A stretch of 64,000 nucleotides of DNA, taken from positions 75,578,001-75,642,000 of the forward strand of contig OX597827.1 of the NCBI GenBank assembly GCA_951406725.2, written 5' to 3'. The stretch comes from Octopus vulgaris. Its lineage: Eukaryota. The translations under genes were made by a program, and so were the position numbers. Below, piece by piece: positions 1-11,770 of the stretch. The first letter of the stretch is position 1; each line of letters starts with the position of its first letter. The notes under the pieces were generated by a model. The model did not search any database and was not told where the DNA came from. It saw only the letters and a program-made list of their open reading frames with translations.

Positions 1-214
1 GAATCTTTTCACCCCAAATGGACGTATTTGATTGGTTAAAATTGCCAAAATGCTCGATTTTAAAGTGGAAATATGTTACAAACTATAGAATTTTCTCAAT
101 AAAGCCAAGAAAAAATGATGTTTTATAAACATATTCTACCAGAATACGAAGTTTAAAAGTGTTTAGTTTACTAGAAATTGTGTGGACATCTGCCATTCAA
201 AAGGAAAAGATCCC
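1..214. mobile_element. MITE fragment (GGATCTTTTCGGTTTGAACGGCAG-TIR family), right end
   Basis: Ends in ctgccattcaaaaggaaaagatccc; internal sequence matches copies at 17318-17719 and 28400-28792 (inverted). Confidence 0.7.
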
Positions 215-578
215 AGGGTTATAAGGTCAACGTGGTTGTGTGAGGTACACGTAGTGTACAAAAATTCAATTCAAGAATGATAGAATTGTCAGTATCGATT
301 AGACATCTCTCTGAATGTAATCTTAATCCATCGGTCAGTTCAACATCTGACCAATCGGTGTTTTGGGCGGAGCGCCCTCTCTCTTTCTCTGTGGTAAGCA
401 TTCAGACGTGGGCTTCAATCTGAAGAAAATTTGTTGCCGTTAATTTGCGCTGGCTTTCATCCTCTGACAAAACGGTGTAAACATCTCGATAGAAGTGAAA
501 TCTTAACTAGTTAATCTTTCTAATCTTCTTGTAAAATTCTGAATCGCTTTCTATAAACACGGTTACAGACTGGTTTTG

Positions 579-2650
579 TGTGATATGAAGGAGGGAAAAG
601 ACGAAAGCAAAGAGAGAATTGCGCTAGTCTTACCTGTCGGTCCGGAAAGGGTCGCTCACAATGTCTACGTGCTCTCTCTCGATCTGCACCGTCTAACGTA
701 CCTGCTCTCATGCGCTGTCCACCACCAACTGTCTGCTCACGTCTCGCTGACTCCGCATTCCCAACGCGACCCTTCCGGTGGGACCCACAGGACCCACTTC
801 CGGTAGGACATGCCTACTCCCTCACTTCCGGTCCTTCCCTACAACACAGCCTGGCTCATAACACAACAAACCCCACTGATCATTCAACTAACCTGCCCAC
901 ACTCTCTCTTCAACCCTGACCACACGCCTTAACTTGTCTCGTAATCAACCAACCAGTGAGGGGGGCACCGCTCTCTCTGCGATCATCGTGGGACTTCAAG
1001 ACTGGCCTCAGTTCCTGGCATGTTGCTGCCGGCTTCGTCCTCTTGTCCATTACTGTTGGCTCCATCCTCCGTCGCAGTGATGATCCTGTGCACATCCAAA
1101 ACATGACGTGGCATGCCATCTTCGGACACAGTCTATTCCTCAAATTTACTAAGGTTATCATCCCCTTTCCTCACTGTGATATGCACCACGCATTTGGGGG
1201 TTTAACCCACACTTCTTCCCCGACCAGCACAAAAGCATGCTCTTTCTCTTCTGTAGGTTGCGGCGATGCGGTACACGGACGTCTCCACTCATACTTGAAT
1301 ATTGCCCCGTGTGGCACTGACCCCTCTGCCTGTCCCCTCCTGTCCCGTGCTGGGCGTCACATTATACCAAAAAAAAAAACAGCCTCTACTAGTGAGATGT
1401 GGCCCCTATCAGCTATAGTCTTGATGGTGTGATGATGCCTCTCCACAATCCTATTGCTACCTGGCCACTACACAGCCCTGAAGAAACAACTAACAAGCTA
1501 ATTGTTGAGCATTTCTCCCAGCACTTTCAAGCGAAACGCAGTGCCATTGTCCACAAGCAGTCCATCCGCGGTGCATCATTCCAAGAATATCTCATTTAGT
1601 ATTCTTGTAATATCCTCCACGGTTCCCGTCTTCATCTCCCTCCATATGACCAACAACCCCGGTCCGCAGTCGACCATCGGTAGTGCATCACGTCCACTGC
1701 CAATCCTTTCCATTTGTGTTCCACTGCAATGCCTCCTGCCTCATGCACACCCGGAGCGGGGTCAATGGACGGGAACCTGTCGCAGCTCCCAACTACTCTT
1801 TGCACACTCTGCCTGGTCACGCCAGAGTCGACTTTCCTGGCTAGGAACAGGGTCTTGTCCAACCCTATGTGATGCATGGTATGCAATCTCTTCAGCTCCA
1901 AGTCACTCACTAGGTACACTGCAGCCACTCCTTGCTCAAGATCCTCCGAAACCTGCAACCAGGCTTTCTTTACTCTGGCCAGGACGTCCGCTCTATTTCT
2001 TTCAGAGGGCACAAAAACCAAACTCAGCCTCATGTCAAACTCGGCAGCTAGCTCACCCAGAATTCCCAAACTGCGTTTTATCAACATCTCTGCACCGCCT
2101 TGGGTTCGCACCCTCTGCTCGCCCGTGACCACTGATCCCACCCATCTCAGTACAGTGTCCGAGTTGGTCTAGATCTCGATGATACGCAGTCCCCACCTCA
2201 AAGTCAGGTTCAGCCCTTTTACGGCATCCAGCTCCGCTGCGTTGATGTGGCTGCAGTCGTCCTTCTTCCTAAGCCAGGCCGCATCCTCCACCACGACACC
2301 TCTAATTTCCAGGGCAACTTCTGTTGCTATGCCGCTGACATCACACCACACGATCCCATTCTTCAATTTGGATACATACCAGTTTCCTGATACTGGGTCC
2401 TCCGCAATCACTCTCTCCAAGACTTCTTGCATCACGGCGGCTGTCTTCTCGCCCACTTTTTCACTCCACCTCACTTCTTCAGCTTGCCTCTTGATGAAGC
2501 TCCATGCTGTCTAGAGCCATTCTGCAATCGGGTAGTGTCCCAGCAGCTTCCCGCACACAAAAGAGTTCTCGCCTACTTGTCTTGGAGCCCAGTTCTGGGA
2601 TCTCATTCCTCTCCGAAACACCAACGCGCCGGGCTTTTCTCTCCGTAGCT
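579..2650 (-). mobile_element. Degenerate Gypsy/Ty3 LTR retrotransposon, 3' part (RNase H, integrase, 3' LTR at 579-848)
   Basis: ORF pieces VWCDVSGIATEVALE..HINAAELDAV (RNase H), FVPSERNRADVLAR and LHTMHHIG..VVGSCDRF (integrase zinc finger, decayed), broken by frameshifts. LTR 579-848 (TG...CA on minus) is homologous to 27837-28104. Confidence 0.8.
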
Positions 2651-2699
2651 CGAGTCCCTGTGCAGAAGAATCAGGGAGGGGCGAGAAAAAAATGACACG

Positions 2700-3215
2700 G
2701 ACCTTCTGTCACTCTGCCTCTACCACTCTCTCTTCTCTCCCCACGTGACCGGTGTTCGCCCAAGCCTGATCTTTCTTTCTAGGTCCGGACGTCGTCCATG
2801 CAGCATCTATATTCCTCCCTGTGCCTGTGAATTCTTGTACCCTTGCCATAAAGCTTTATTTCCCCACACGTCAGCTTAATTTAATTCGTCCTTAGTCGAA
2901 AGACACCTCTTGTTATGTCCTGTTATTTGTATTTGAGTAACGTCCTCCATTTTTTTCCGTCCTTGTTTTCGTATACATTCGCTGCTTTCTTTCAAAGAAT
3001 CTAATGCTCTTAGCTTAGTTTTTCCTTGGGGCTGGCCAGATTGCAGCAATCTCAAGCATAACCAGCCAAAATTGCAAAGATAATCTGGAACTCGACTGAG
3101 GAAAGCAAACTCCTAAATACCCGTCCTTGTTTTCTTTGTATCGTTTATCTGGATCTTTTGTTGTTTCTTTTTTGTATCACCTAACTGTCTGGATGTTTTG
3201 AGTTCTTGTCCCATT
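2700..3215. mobile_element. Penelope-like terminal-repeat fragment
   Basis: 3015-3215 is the reverse complement of 27170-27390 (gcttagtttttccttgggg..ccagattg); lies next to a Penelope RT fragment. Confidence 0.5.
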
Positions 3216-3216
3216 T

Positions 3217-3260
<44 letters not shown>

Positions 3261-3429
3261 TGCGAGAGAGTTGGTATGTGAAAGCATGTGGCTGGATGTA
3301 TAAAAGACAAAAAAGAGTGAAAAAGCTACTGAAGGCTTGTGTTATATGGTTAAAGAATATATTTAAATCGTTATGTTAGAAAAATGTGATAAATTTTGCG
3401 TATAGTAACATAGTTACTGAATTGCCAAT

Positions 3430-4075
3430 TCTGAATTGTCCAGCCACAACTGAATTATGGGCTAGAGGCAATTCAGTTCTGGTTGGACCAATTTCCGGAA
3501 GAAATACCAAAAAGGATCAGTAAAGAATTCATAACTAAATCGGTTGAATTCATCCTCCGAAATAACCGCTTCATGTTTGACAATACGTTTTACCGACAAA
3601 AATCCGGAATTGCTATGGGTACTAGGGCAGCACCAGTCATTGCGAACCTAACAATGGGCTACTTGGAAGTAATAATATACCAGGAATCTTTATCTACCTT
3701 TGGAAACCCCCTTTCCCAAAACATAAAAGTGAATTGGAAAATATTCCCAGACGACTGTTTCATACTCTGGAATAAAAAAAAAAACACAGATAAACTCCTG
3801 AAATTCAAAAGACTATTGAACAGCATCAACCCAAACATACAGTGCACAATGGAGTACAACCAAAAGGAGCTTCCATTCTTGGATAAACCTAAAAGAAGAA
3901 ACGGACATATTTTACGGAACCACAGACGCTAAACAATATCTACTATTTAATTCATGCCACCCAAGACACACCAAAACAAACATCCCCTTCAACCTTGCAA
4001 GAAGGATATTCACAATAGTGTCAGAACAAAACACCAGAGACTTTAGACTGCAAGAACTCAAAAACACCCTAAAAA
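3430..4075 (+). mobile_element. Penelope-like element reverse transcriptase fragment (pseudogenised)
   Basis: Motifs NRFMFDNTFYRQKSGIAMGTRAAPVIANLTMGYLE, (F)PDDCF, LPFLD, then YLLFNSCHPRHTKTNIPFNLARRI after a frameshift; typical of PLE RT. Confidence 0.8.
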
Positions 4076-4222
4076 AAACTGAAAAATGAAGAAATTGGGG
4101 TCGAGTGGCGTGGAATTTAAATTTAGAAATACAGATTTTTGCAGATTCGGAATATTCGCAATCGCAATAGTCAGTTTCTGTAGAAAACAAAAAACGTGGA
4201 AAAAAACTGAAAGGGAGTACAG

Positions 4223-4393
4223 TCCATGAATTCGTTAAATAAATCCGACATATTCTCATTGTCCTCGGTTTTCACTTGATTTAAAATGATATCGAGTGAT
4301 TTCCGAGATTTATCTTCGGGGGTTTTTTTCTGTTTGAATCTCATTCTTGTTCTCGATCGAAATTAATGAATGACTCAAAAGATGATCAATAAT
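4223..4393 (-). pseudogene. Internal fragment of the CARD-only gene, frameshifted
   Basis: Close copy of about 6578-6746. Translates IIDHLLSHSLISIENKNEIQTEK / PEDKSRKSLDIILNQVKTEDNENMSDLFNEFM, with T7 vs T6 in a homopolymer (frameshift). Cut at 4394 by a MITE terminus. Confidence 0.85.
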
Positions 4394-5357
4394 GCCGTTC
4401 AAAAGGAAAAGATCCCAAAACGGAAAAAACATTGGCAAAAATCGGCATTTCAAAATTTCAATCCCAACTCCATCACACACCCACCCCATTTTGAAATGGA
4501 GATATCGAAAGAGTAAGAACTGAAAACTGAAAGAATCCTTAGTGTTGTTAAAAGACTTCTGAATATTGGAATGTATGACAACGAAATATTTTTATAGAGG
4601 CTGCATCAGATTGATATGAAATATCTCACTTTGTGCTATCGTTTTCAAATACATCAAAATACATCGTCGAAATGCCAATGTAGTGCATATATTTTAGGCG
4701 TGACCGGTGATAAAGTCACAAATAATTTATGATGGCCTGTAATAAAATCACTGGAAAAGGTCACAATTTTGTCTAGAAAAGGGAGTCAGGTAATCAAAGA
4801 AGAATATTCAGCTCAGAAATTATTAAATATTATAAACAATTAAACTAATAAAAGAGAAAATATTTCAAATCAGTTATTAACTGGCAATACATGACTTTTG
4901 CATAATGACTCCACTTTATATATGATGGCATAACATGTGACTTTCTACTTATTTTTTTTTTATTTACGTGGATTCATATTCAGGTACTCATCAATGCAGT
5001 ACGACCTTCATTTACCCTTCACGTTCGCAGATGCATTTTAATGGCTGTTTGTTCCTTCATCAGCATGTAGCATTTATTTAAATATACGGTTCCTGCAATA
5101 AAATTCAACAATTAAAATGACTAACCCTAACATGTTGATAACTAAGTACAGCCAGCATAACTACAAACGACTGGCTTTCATCGTAACTTTCTTTAAAATG
5201 CTTTTTTCTTTTCATGAAATTTTCCGGATACATTTTAGACGATGCGCATTGCAGTTATGACTTAATGGCGGTGAAAAATAAGCTTGTTACATTCTCTTGT
5301 AATAAAAAAGAAACTATTTTAAATCAGTTATTAACTGACAATACACGACTCGTATTC

Positions 5358-5570
5358 TTTTCTACTCTAGGCATAAGGCCCGAAAGTTTAGGGAAAGGAA
5401 CAAATCGATTAGATCGACCCCAGTACACAACTGGTGCTTGATTTATCGACCCCGAAAGGATGAAAAGCAAAGTCGACCTCGGCAGAAATTGAACTCAGAA
5501 CGTAACGGCAGATGAAATACCGCTAAGCATTTCGCCCGGCCTGCTAACGTTTCTGTCAGCGCGCCGCCTT
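5358..5570 (-). mobile_element. tRNA-derived SINE, family B (aaggcggcg..ctgacagaaacgttagc head)
   Basis: Matches copies at 14050-14166, 14735-14930, 44985-45180, 48785-49310, 57338-57710 and 57790-58024; B-box-like gagttcaaattcc. Confidence 0.8.
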
Positions 5571-6495
5571 ATGACTTGTACATATTCAGACTGAATACAT
5601 TTGATGAAATTTTCCAGAGATTCGTTATAGAAGGTGCAGATTACAATGGTCTTGATAAATTTCTTTTCATGAACTTATTCTTAGTCTACACTATTGAAAA
5701 CGTTTTTCTAGAAAACTCCATTAAAGACACACATTTCAAGAAACAACATCGATGGAACACATTCTGTAGCTATGCTAGTACAGTTAAATCCATCATATAC
5801 ACATGTCTGTATCCTAAAGAAAATTCATTGCCGAACCACTTTACCATCAATAAATACCATGTAACATGCCTTTCTATCGTTATCATACTCTGCAACAACC
5901 CAAAGTAAACCTTTATTCACTTAGTGTTTGAAAATTAAAGATTCATCCAACTACATTCACTTACCATCTCAACAGGTTTATTATCATCAATACAGAATAA
6001 TTTCCAAAATATTACATCATTGCGTTGAAGTTCGTTGTTTTCTTAGTGAGTTACCGACAAATAAGACCGTCACTATTTCCAGTTCACTTATAATGATTGA
6101 TATTTTCCATAATCAAACAAAAAAAACAATTATGTTGTTTATCATTAAAAAAAAAATAAAAGGCTTTTTGTCTGAAATACAAATAATGAACGAACGAAAG
6201 TACTGCATACATCCGCATTTGATAAGATGTCACTTAAAGCCGACAACTTTCCAAATTGAAAGGTGAAAGTAATCTGTCCGTTGAAAAGTATTCGATAATT
6301 AAAATATAATGTCTGTTAATAATGCATAATATATATTATATATAAGAAGAAAAAAAACAGCAATGAGCATTTTGTTGATATAAACAAACAACTTTGTCAG
6401 AACTGTGCGGTTTTTTCCCTCTCTTTTTAAAACTATTCAATACATTAAAGTGTCTCATGTGCATCAAGATACGAACCAGATTCATGTCCCCTCTG

Positions 6496-6843
6496 TTACA
6501 TTAGGGCCGCGAGTGTTTCTTCCTCCTCAAGTGTCTCCATCAATGATGCCAAATTTCTGTTGACTTCATTTAGAACTTTCATGAATTCGTCAAATAATTT
6601 CGACTTATTCTCATTGTCCTCGGTTCTCACTTGATTTAAAATGATATCGAGTAATTTCCGAGATTTATCTTCGGGGGTTTTTTCTGTTTGAATCTCATTC
6701 TTGTTCTCAATCGAAATTAATGAATGACTCAAAAGACGATCAATAATCTTTTTTATACCCACACTATCTAAACTCTTCACAAGAACCTCATAATATCGCT
6801 GAATTATCTTTGCATTCGACATTTGCTGTAAGGCAGCCATCAT
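6496..6843 (-). CDS. CARD-only protein (115 aa), paralog of the CARD-DD genes
   Basis: Intact ATG-TAA ORF with CARD pattern IIQRYYEVLVKSL..IIDRLLSHSLISIENKNEIQTEKTPEDKSRKLLDII..FDEFMKVLNE.NRNLASLM. Aligns end to end with the N-terminal half of the ORFs at 21228, 51200 and 52818. Confidence 0.8.
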   Translation of the reverse strand: MMAALQQMSNAKIIQRYYEVLVKSLDSVGIKKIIDRLLSHSLISIENKNEIQTEKTPEDKSRKLLDIILNQVRTEDNENKSKLFDEFMKVLNEVNRNLASLMETLEEEETLAALM

Positions 6844-6913
6844 GCTCCGTGTCTGTTTGTAAAATGTTGGCGGTTGAATTTCTTAACTACACAACTACGC
6901 ATGTGCCTGCACG

Positions 6914-6920
6914 TTTTATA
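6914..6920 (-). promoter_or_regulatory. Candidate TATA box (TATAAAA) about 70 nt upstream of the CARD-only ATG
   Basis: Plus strand ttttata at 6914-6920; position plausible, but the background is AT-rich. Confidence 0.3.
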
Positions 6921-7430
6921 TTTTTCCATATAAGCAGAAAAGAACTGTTTCCTGATTGGGTGAATCTCAAAACTCTTCAATTTCAAATTTTGTTCTTTTC
7001 GGGGGTTTACTTCCCCAATTTTTCTAATATTGTACATTTGCTTCGAAATGGCCTAGTTGGATGCTAACATTCTAGGAAAGTTAACTCGTATCTCTCTTTC
7101 TCCAGTCCTAGCTTTTCTACCGTCAGATTCGGCCCACAACTTCTCTAATAACCAGCATCATGATGGCCTAGTTGGATGCTTCAGAAATGTAAATAAACCC
7201 AATATGTTTCTTAAACAAGGGACATTTTCAACCAGGCTATCCACATGCTAGAAATAACAGCCAAACCTCTCCAAACTGCGATAACAATGCAATCATTTGA
7301 CTCATCTTTCTGCAAAGATTTTTTTCAAAGTAATTTCCCATAGTAATATGACAAAGTAATTCATGTGAAATTAAAGTGGGTTTTTTTTAAAAGCTTCTTT
7401 TCATAATCAGATCTTCCATTACCAAACAAC

Positions 7431-7609
7431 GACAGTCTTCATTTCTATTAAATTTAGGGTTATAAAATATATTTTAAATGTATAGAATTAAATGAAATTA
7501 TAGCGGTTGATACTAAAGCAAAAAGATATATATTTTTATCATAGAAAAATTTTATGTAAATATCAAAAAGTGAAGGGTTTTAGTCGACAATAAAAATAAT
7601 GAAGGAAAG
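7431..7609. repeat. Orphan copy of CARD-DD gene 3' flank
   Basis: Near-identical to 20743-20923 (gacagtcttcatttctattaaatttaggg...taatgaaggaaag), with no adjacent coding sequence of its own. Confidence 0.8.
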
Positions 7610-7614
7610 CTCCT

Positions 7615-7900
7615 TGCTTTTGTTTTAATGATGTTCGTATCCAAGGCTATGTTTTTCTTTCGGCACTTGGCTATCCATACGGCCAAAGCAGCTTCCAAAC
7701 GGATGATAGTTTTATTACGAGCCGTAACCACTCTCTTCGCCGACTTATTAAAAGGTGATGGCAGCCGTCTTCCTGATGTTAGCCTCGTCCATCTTCAACA
7801 CATCCAGAAGTTTCACCTTCTCAGCGATCGTCATTATTCTTCGTTTGCGTTCAGGCTCCGTACCAGCCTTGGAAGAAGCAGCATGCTTGGGAGCCATTAC
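7615..7900 (-). mobile_element. Tigger/pogo transposase N-terminal (CENP-B/psq HTH) fragment
   Basis: MAPKHAASSKAGTEPERKRRIMTIAEKVKLLDVLK resembles TIGD1/Tigger N-termini; frameshifted. Confidence 0.7.
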
Positions 7901-8030
7901 AGAAGATGAAAACGCAAAGAAACAACAACAAAGATCACACACAGCACAGCGTAAAGTAGTACAGTAAATCACTCACCGAGAAAGCCTGGAGCCAAATGGC
8001 CGCGAGAGAGAGGGAGAGGGGGGGACCAGC

Positions 8031-9411
8031 GGAATGTGCTGCAGATCTGAGCATCGGTCAAAGCACCAGTCACAGGCCAAATTACAAAATAGAAAGCTGC
8101 GATTCGTCGTCTCTTTCCATTGCACCAATCACAGCCCGTGTTAACTTCAAATAACCCTGTATATGTTTTTTGCTGTTTTTTTTTGTTGCCATGTTACACT
8201 ACGAAATGATATTTATTATAAATATTTTAAAGGATTTAATCCTCACGAACTGCTTATTTCTCTCTATCGTTATCTTTTGGGCACTTTCACAGAAACTTAC
8301 TGCTACGATAGTCCTGATCGCTACCTCGATCTTCTTTCTGTAGCATATGGTACTTTCATTGACCCCATAATAGCGGCCTACTGCTGCATAACTTTTACTT
8401 TCCCAGAGCATATCTAGCTGTTGTGCCTTCTCAGGGAGCATCCTAACCTCTTTCTGGTGCTTAGGTTCTCTGCCAGAAACCTTCGAAGGTGTAGGGCTTT
8501 TGGGTGGAATCTTAGGGCTTTCATAACCCTGCGATAAACAACACAACAAAACCATCGAGATAACTACTGGACGCAGTTTTTTTCCAAAAATACATACAAA
8601 ACAATCTTCCTTGCTTCTTATATGTGCATAGCACGAATGTGAGATTGAGCAGAGAGTAGAAACAATCCAGGTTTTGATAGATTTAGCTTGTATTACCACT
8701 TGATACAGTAATCTATACTACAATAACGAGAGAGAGACCAGGAAGTAACCTAATTTCAATGAGGCTATATTGGCTCACAACCTTCAAAATAATCCTGTTT
8801 AAATAAACAATGTGTATGGTTACTATAGCAATGATTTAAAAAGAGTGCTGCATTAAAATGTATGTTCAGTCCCTTGTATATATATCTTTGATCTGTCATC
8901 ACTGACCCCAAATAATACTAGTGTGATACACTGTGTGTGTATATATAAATTTATAAAGGAATCTAAAAAAATATTTTTCAAACTTTTTTCCATTACACTC
9001 AAAAGCAAAAATATGGCTTATGAATTTCTTTCTCTTTGAAAGTCTTCTGCCCACCCCTTTGAAAAAACTTTCACCCACAAATTTCATTATAATCATATAC
9101 TATGCCATTGGAAAGGTATTTATATAAAATTTCATTAAAATCTGTCCATTTTCCTAAAAGTTATGAGGGACAAAGTCGGATCATGTGAATTTTTCAGAAA
9201 GCCCTCTCCCAACCCCCGATTCGCTGGCGCAAATGTTTGTTTCCATATTCGTTTAATACACTTTTTTTTTTTGTTTTTGTTTTGGTGGCCAAGAGTTAAA
9301 GTAAATATTAACTCAAACTAGACATATCGTGAATTAGATATTGGCTACAAAGCTAACACTAGAAAATTTGATGGCCAATTCCAATTCAATGAAATGCTGA
9401 AAATGTTCTGG
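8031..9411. repeat. Tandem segmental duplication unit A (Tigger 5' fragment + MITE fragment)
   Basis: Near-identical to 11500-12684 and 12988-14050; the same ORFs recur (8199/11507/13178; 8899/12157). Confidence 0.9.
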
Positions 9412-9791
9412 CCAAAATTGATGTACATCTGTTTCCAGAATGCAAGTATTATTGTAGAGCAATGGGTTTTACGAATGGTTTGGCTTGTAGCAGGTAGTGG
9501 ATTATTAACTGAGTTTGTAAATAGAATCTCAACTACTCTCAGTAATTGGTAAACATTTTAATCCAGGGCCCACCATTATAGGTGATATGTGGATATCATA
9601 TCAAAATTAACAAGATAATATTTAGATGCAAAATCAATCAAGATATCAGGTGTGTCTAAAGGCACAACACCTGTTGATTTGGCTAAACTCATCAAAGAGC
9701 TCAGTTGATTTTTGATTATTCAATTGTAAATAAAAAAAAAAGCAAAAAAACAAAACAATCTAATTTAATGTAAAATAAATCACAATTATTA

Positions 9792-11770
9792 CAGTCATCC
9801 CCCGGTGTTCATGCTTGTTACATTCCCCGAGCTCCCACAAATACTGAAAATGCGTGAATATCGGATGTGGTCTATAAAATGCCTATAAATGTCAAAATAT
9901 AACTTAAAATATTACACACACACCTGCACATAATATTTAATAATGATTTAATAAAGAATGATGTAAAATGTATGTTTACTCACCAATAATGAATGATACT
10001 GATTTAAGACGACGATGAAAATAATAAAGGTAATTACTGCACAGCAAACATTTAAAGCTCTTCTGGTGACGTCCCTTCTTGAGATGTTTTAGGAGATATC
10101 GTATCTTCATGCAAGGTTTTCTTGGTGAGTTTGAGGAACGTTGTAATGGGAAGTTGGTGTCGTTGTTTCTTCAAGATGGTGAGGAGTGTTTTATATGTCT
10201 GCATAGCCACATCGACAGCTTTTTTAAATTGGAGAGACCGAACCATATAGGGATCCCCTGTTTCAGCCTTCCCTTGCAATTCCTTTGCTGTCCTTAAAAG
10301 GTCAGATAAATGTTCAATTGCCAGGCCCACCACATCCTCCTCTTCCTCTGTATCTGGCGCTTCTGCCTCCACTTTGCTGGCAGACTTCGTTAACTCCAAC
10401 ATATCGTTGACCTCTTGTTGCGTGATGTCATCAAAACCTTTCCCAGTTTCACTGCATTGCTGACAGTCTCATGCTGAATATCTTCAGGTGAGAATCTCTC
10501 ATAGTCCTGGACGCACTCAGCCATACCTGCTTCTAGCATGCAATGAGGGTTTCCTTTTACATCTCTTTAAGAGCAGCATGGATGAGTGACAGGCATGTTG
10601 TGGTTGTAAAGTTACGCCAGTACTCCTTTAACTTGAAATTCTCGTCCAAATCTATTATGTCCACAAGGTGTTGGAGAGTGTTCTGAGCGTAAAATGTCTT
10701 GAAGGCATGGATCACACCTTGATCCATAGGCTGGATGGAGGAGGTGGTGCTGACCGGGACAAAATCAACTTGGACTCCCTGGTGATTCAAATACAAAGAG
10801 TGACCACCAGCATTATCCTTCACAAGCAACTCCATGAATTCCATGCATACGTTTTGGAGGTATTCCTTGGCTTGAGGGATGAATTATTGGTGGAACCGAT
10901 TCAGAGTTAGATTCTTGGTAATCCAGGCCTTGGGGTTGCACATCCAGTGGACAGGCAGCAGGTTTTTATTCTTATTTTTGAAGGTCCTCTGGTTTGCAAA
11001 CTTGTAGATAAGTCCTGGTTTCATCATAAAGCCAACAGCATTGCCATACATAATTAGCATCACTTTGTCCTTCTGTGCCTTAAATCCTGGGACTCTGGCT
11101 TTATCCTTCATGGTTTATGTTCTGGAAGGCATCTTCTTCCAGATCAAGCTAATTTTATCCATATTGAAAACCTATTCCAGCTTGTATCCCTTTTTCTCGG
11201 TGATCTGCCTAAAGGTCTCGAGGTACTTCTTGCTGGTTTCTTTGTCTCTTCATGCAGGCAAACACACTTTATTTTAAACCATTTCTGGAAACAGTCAAAC
11301 CATTCCCTGCTGGCTTGAAAATCTTTGGGTGCCAGTACTGTCAATGGTCTTGGTTACAACACTTTGGTGCCTTCAGCTCCCTCTCCTCTGTCAAACTGCT
11401 GGTATAATTTCTGCAATTTCTCACAGATGATGTTACTTTTAAAGGGGATTTTTTTTTTCTTGTCTTCCCTGATTCACAACGCCAAGGCAGATTCCACCCT
11501 GACGAACTACTTATTTCTCACTATTGTTATCTTTTGGGCACTTTCACAGAAACTTACTGCTACGATAGTCCTGATCGCTACCTCGGTCTTCTTTATGTAG
11601 CATATGGTACTTTCATTGACCCCATAATAGTGGCCTACTGCTGCATAACTTTTACTTTCCCAGAGCATATCTAGCTGTTGTGCCTTCTCAGGGAGCATCC
11701 TAACCTCTTTCTGGTGCTTAGGTTCTCTGCCAGAAACTTTGGAAGGTGTAGGGCATTTGGGCGGAATCTT
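9792..11770 (-). mobile_element. Degenerate Tigger/pogo (DDE_1) DNA transposon
   Basis: HTH KSYAAVGHYYGVNESTICYI; FQASREWFDCFQK; PGFKAQKDKVMLI..NAVG; DNAGGH..TTSSIQPMDQGVIHAFKTFY. Ends at TA|CAGTCATCCCCC; many frameshifts. Confidence 0.85.
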
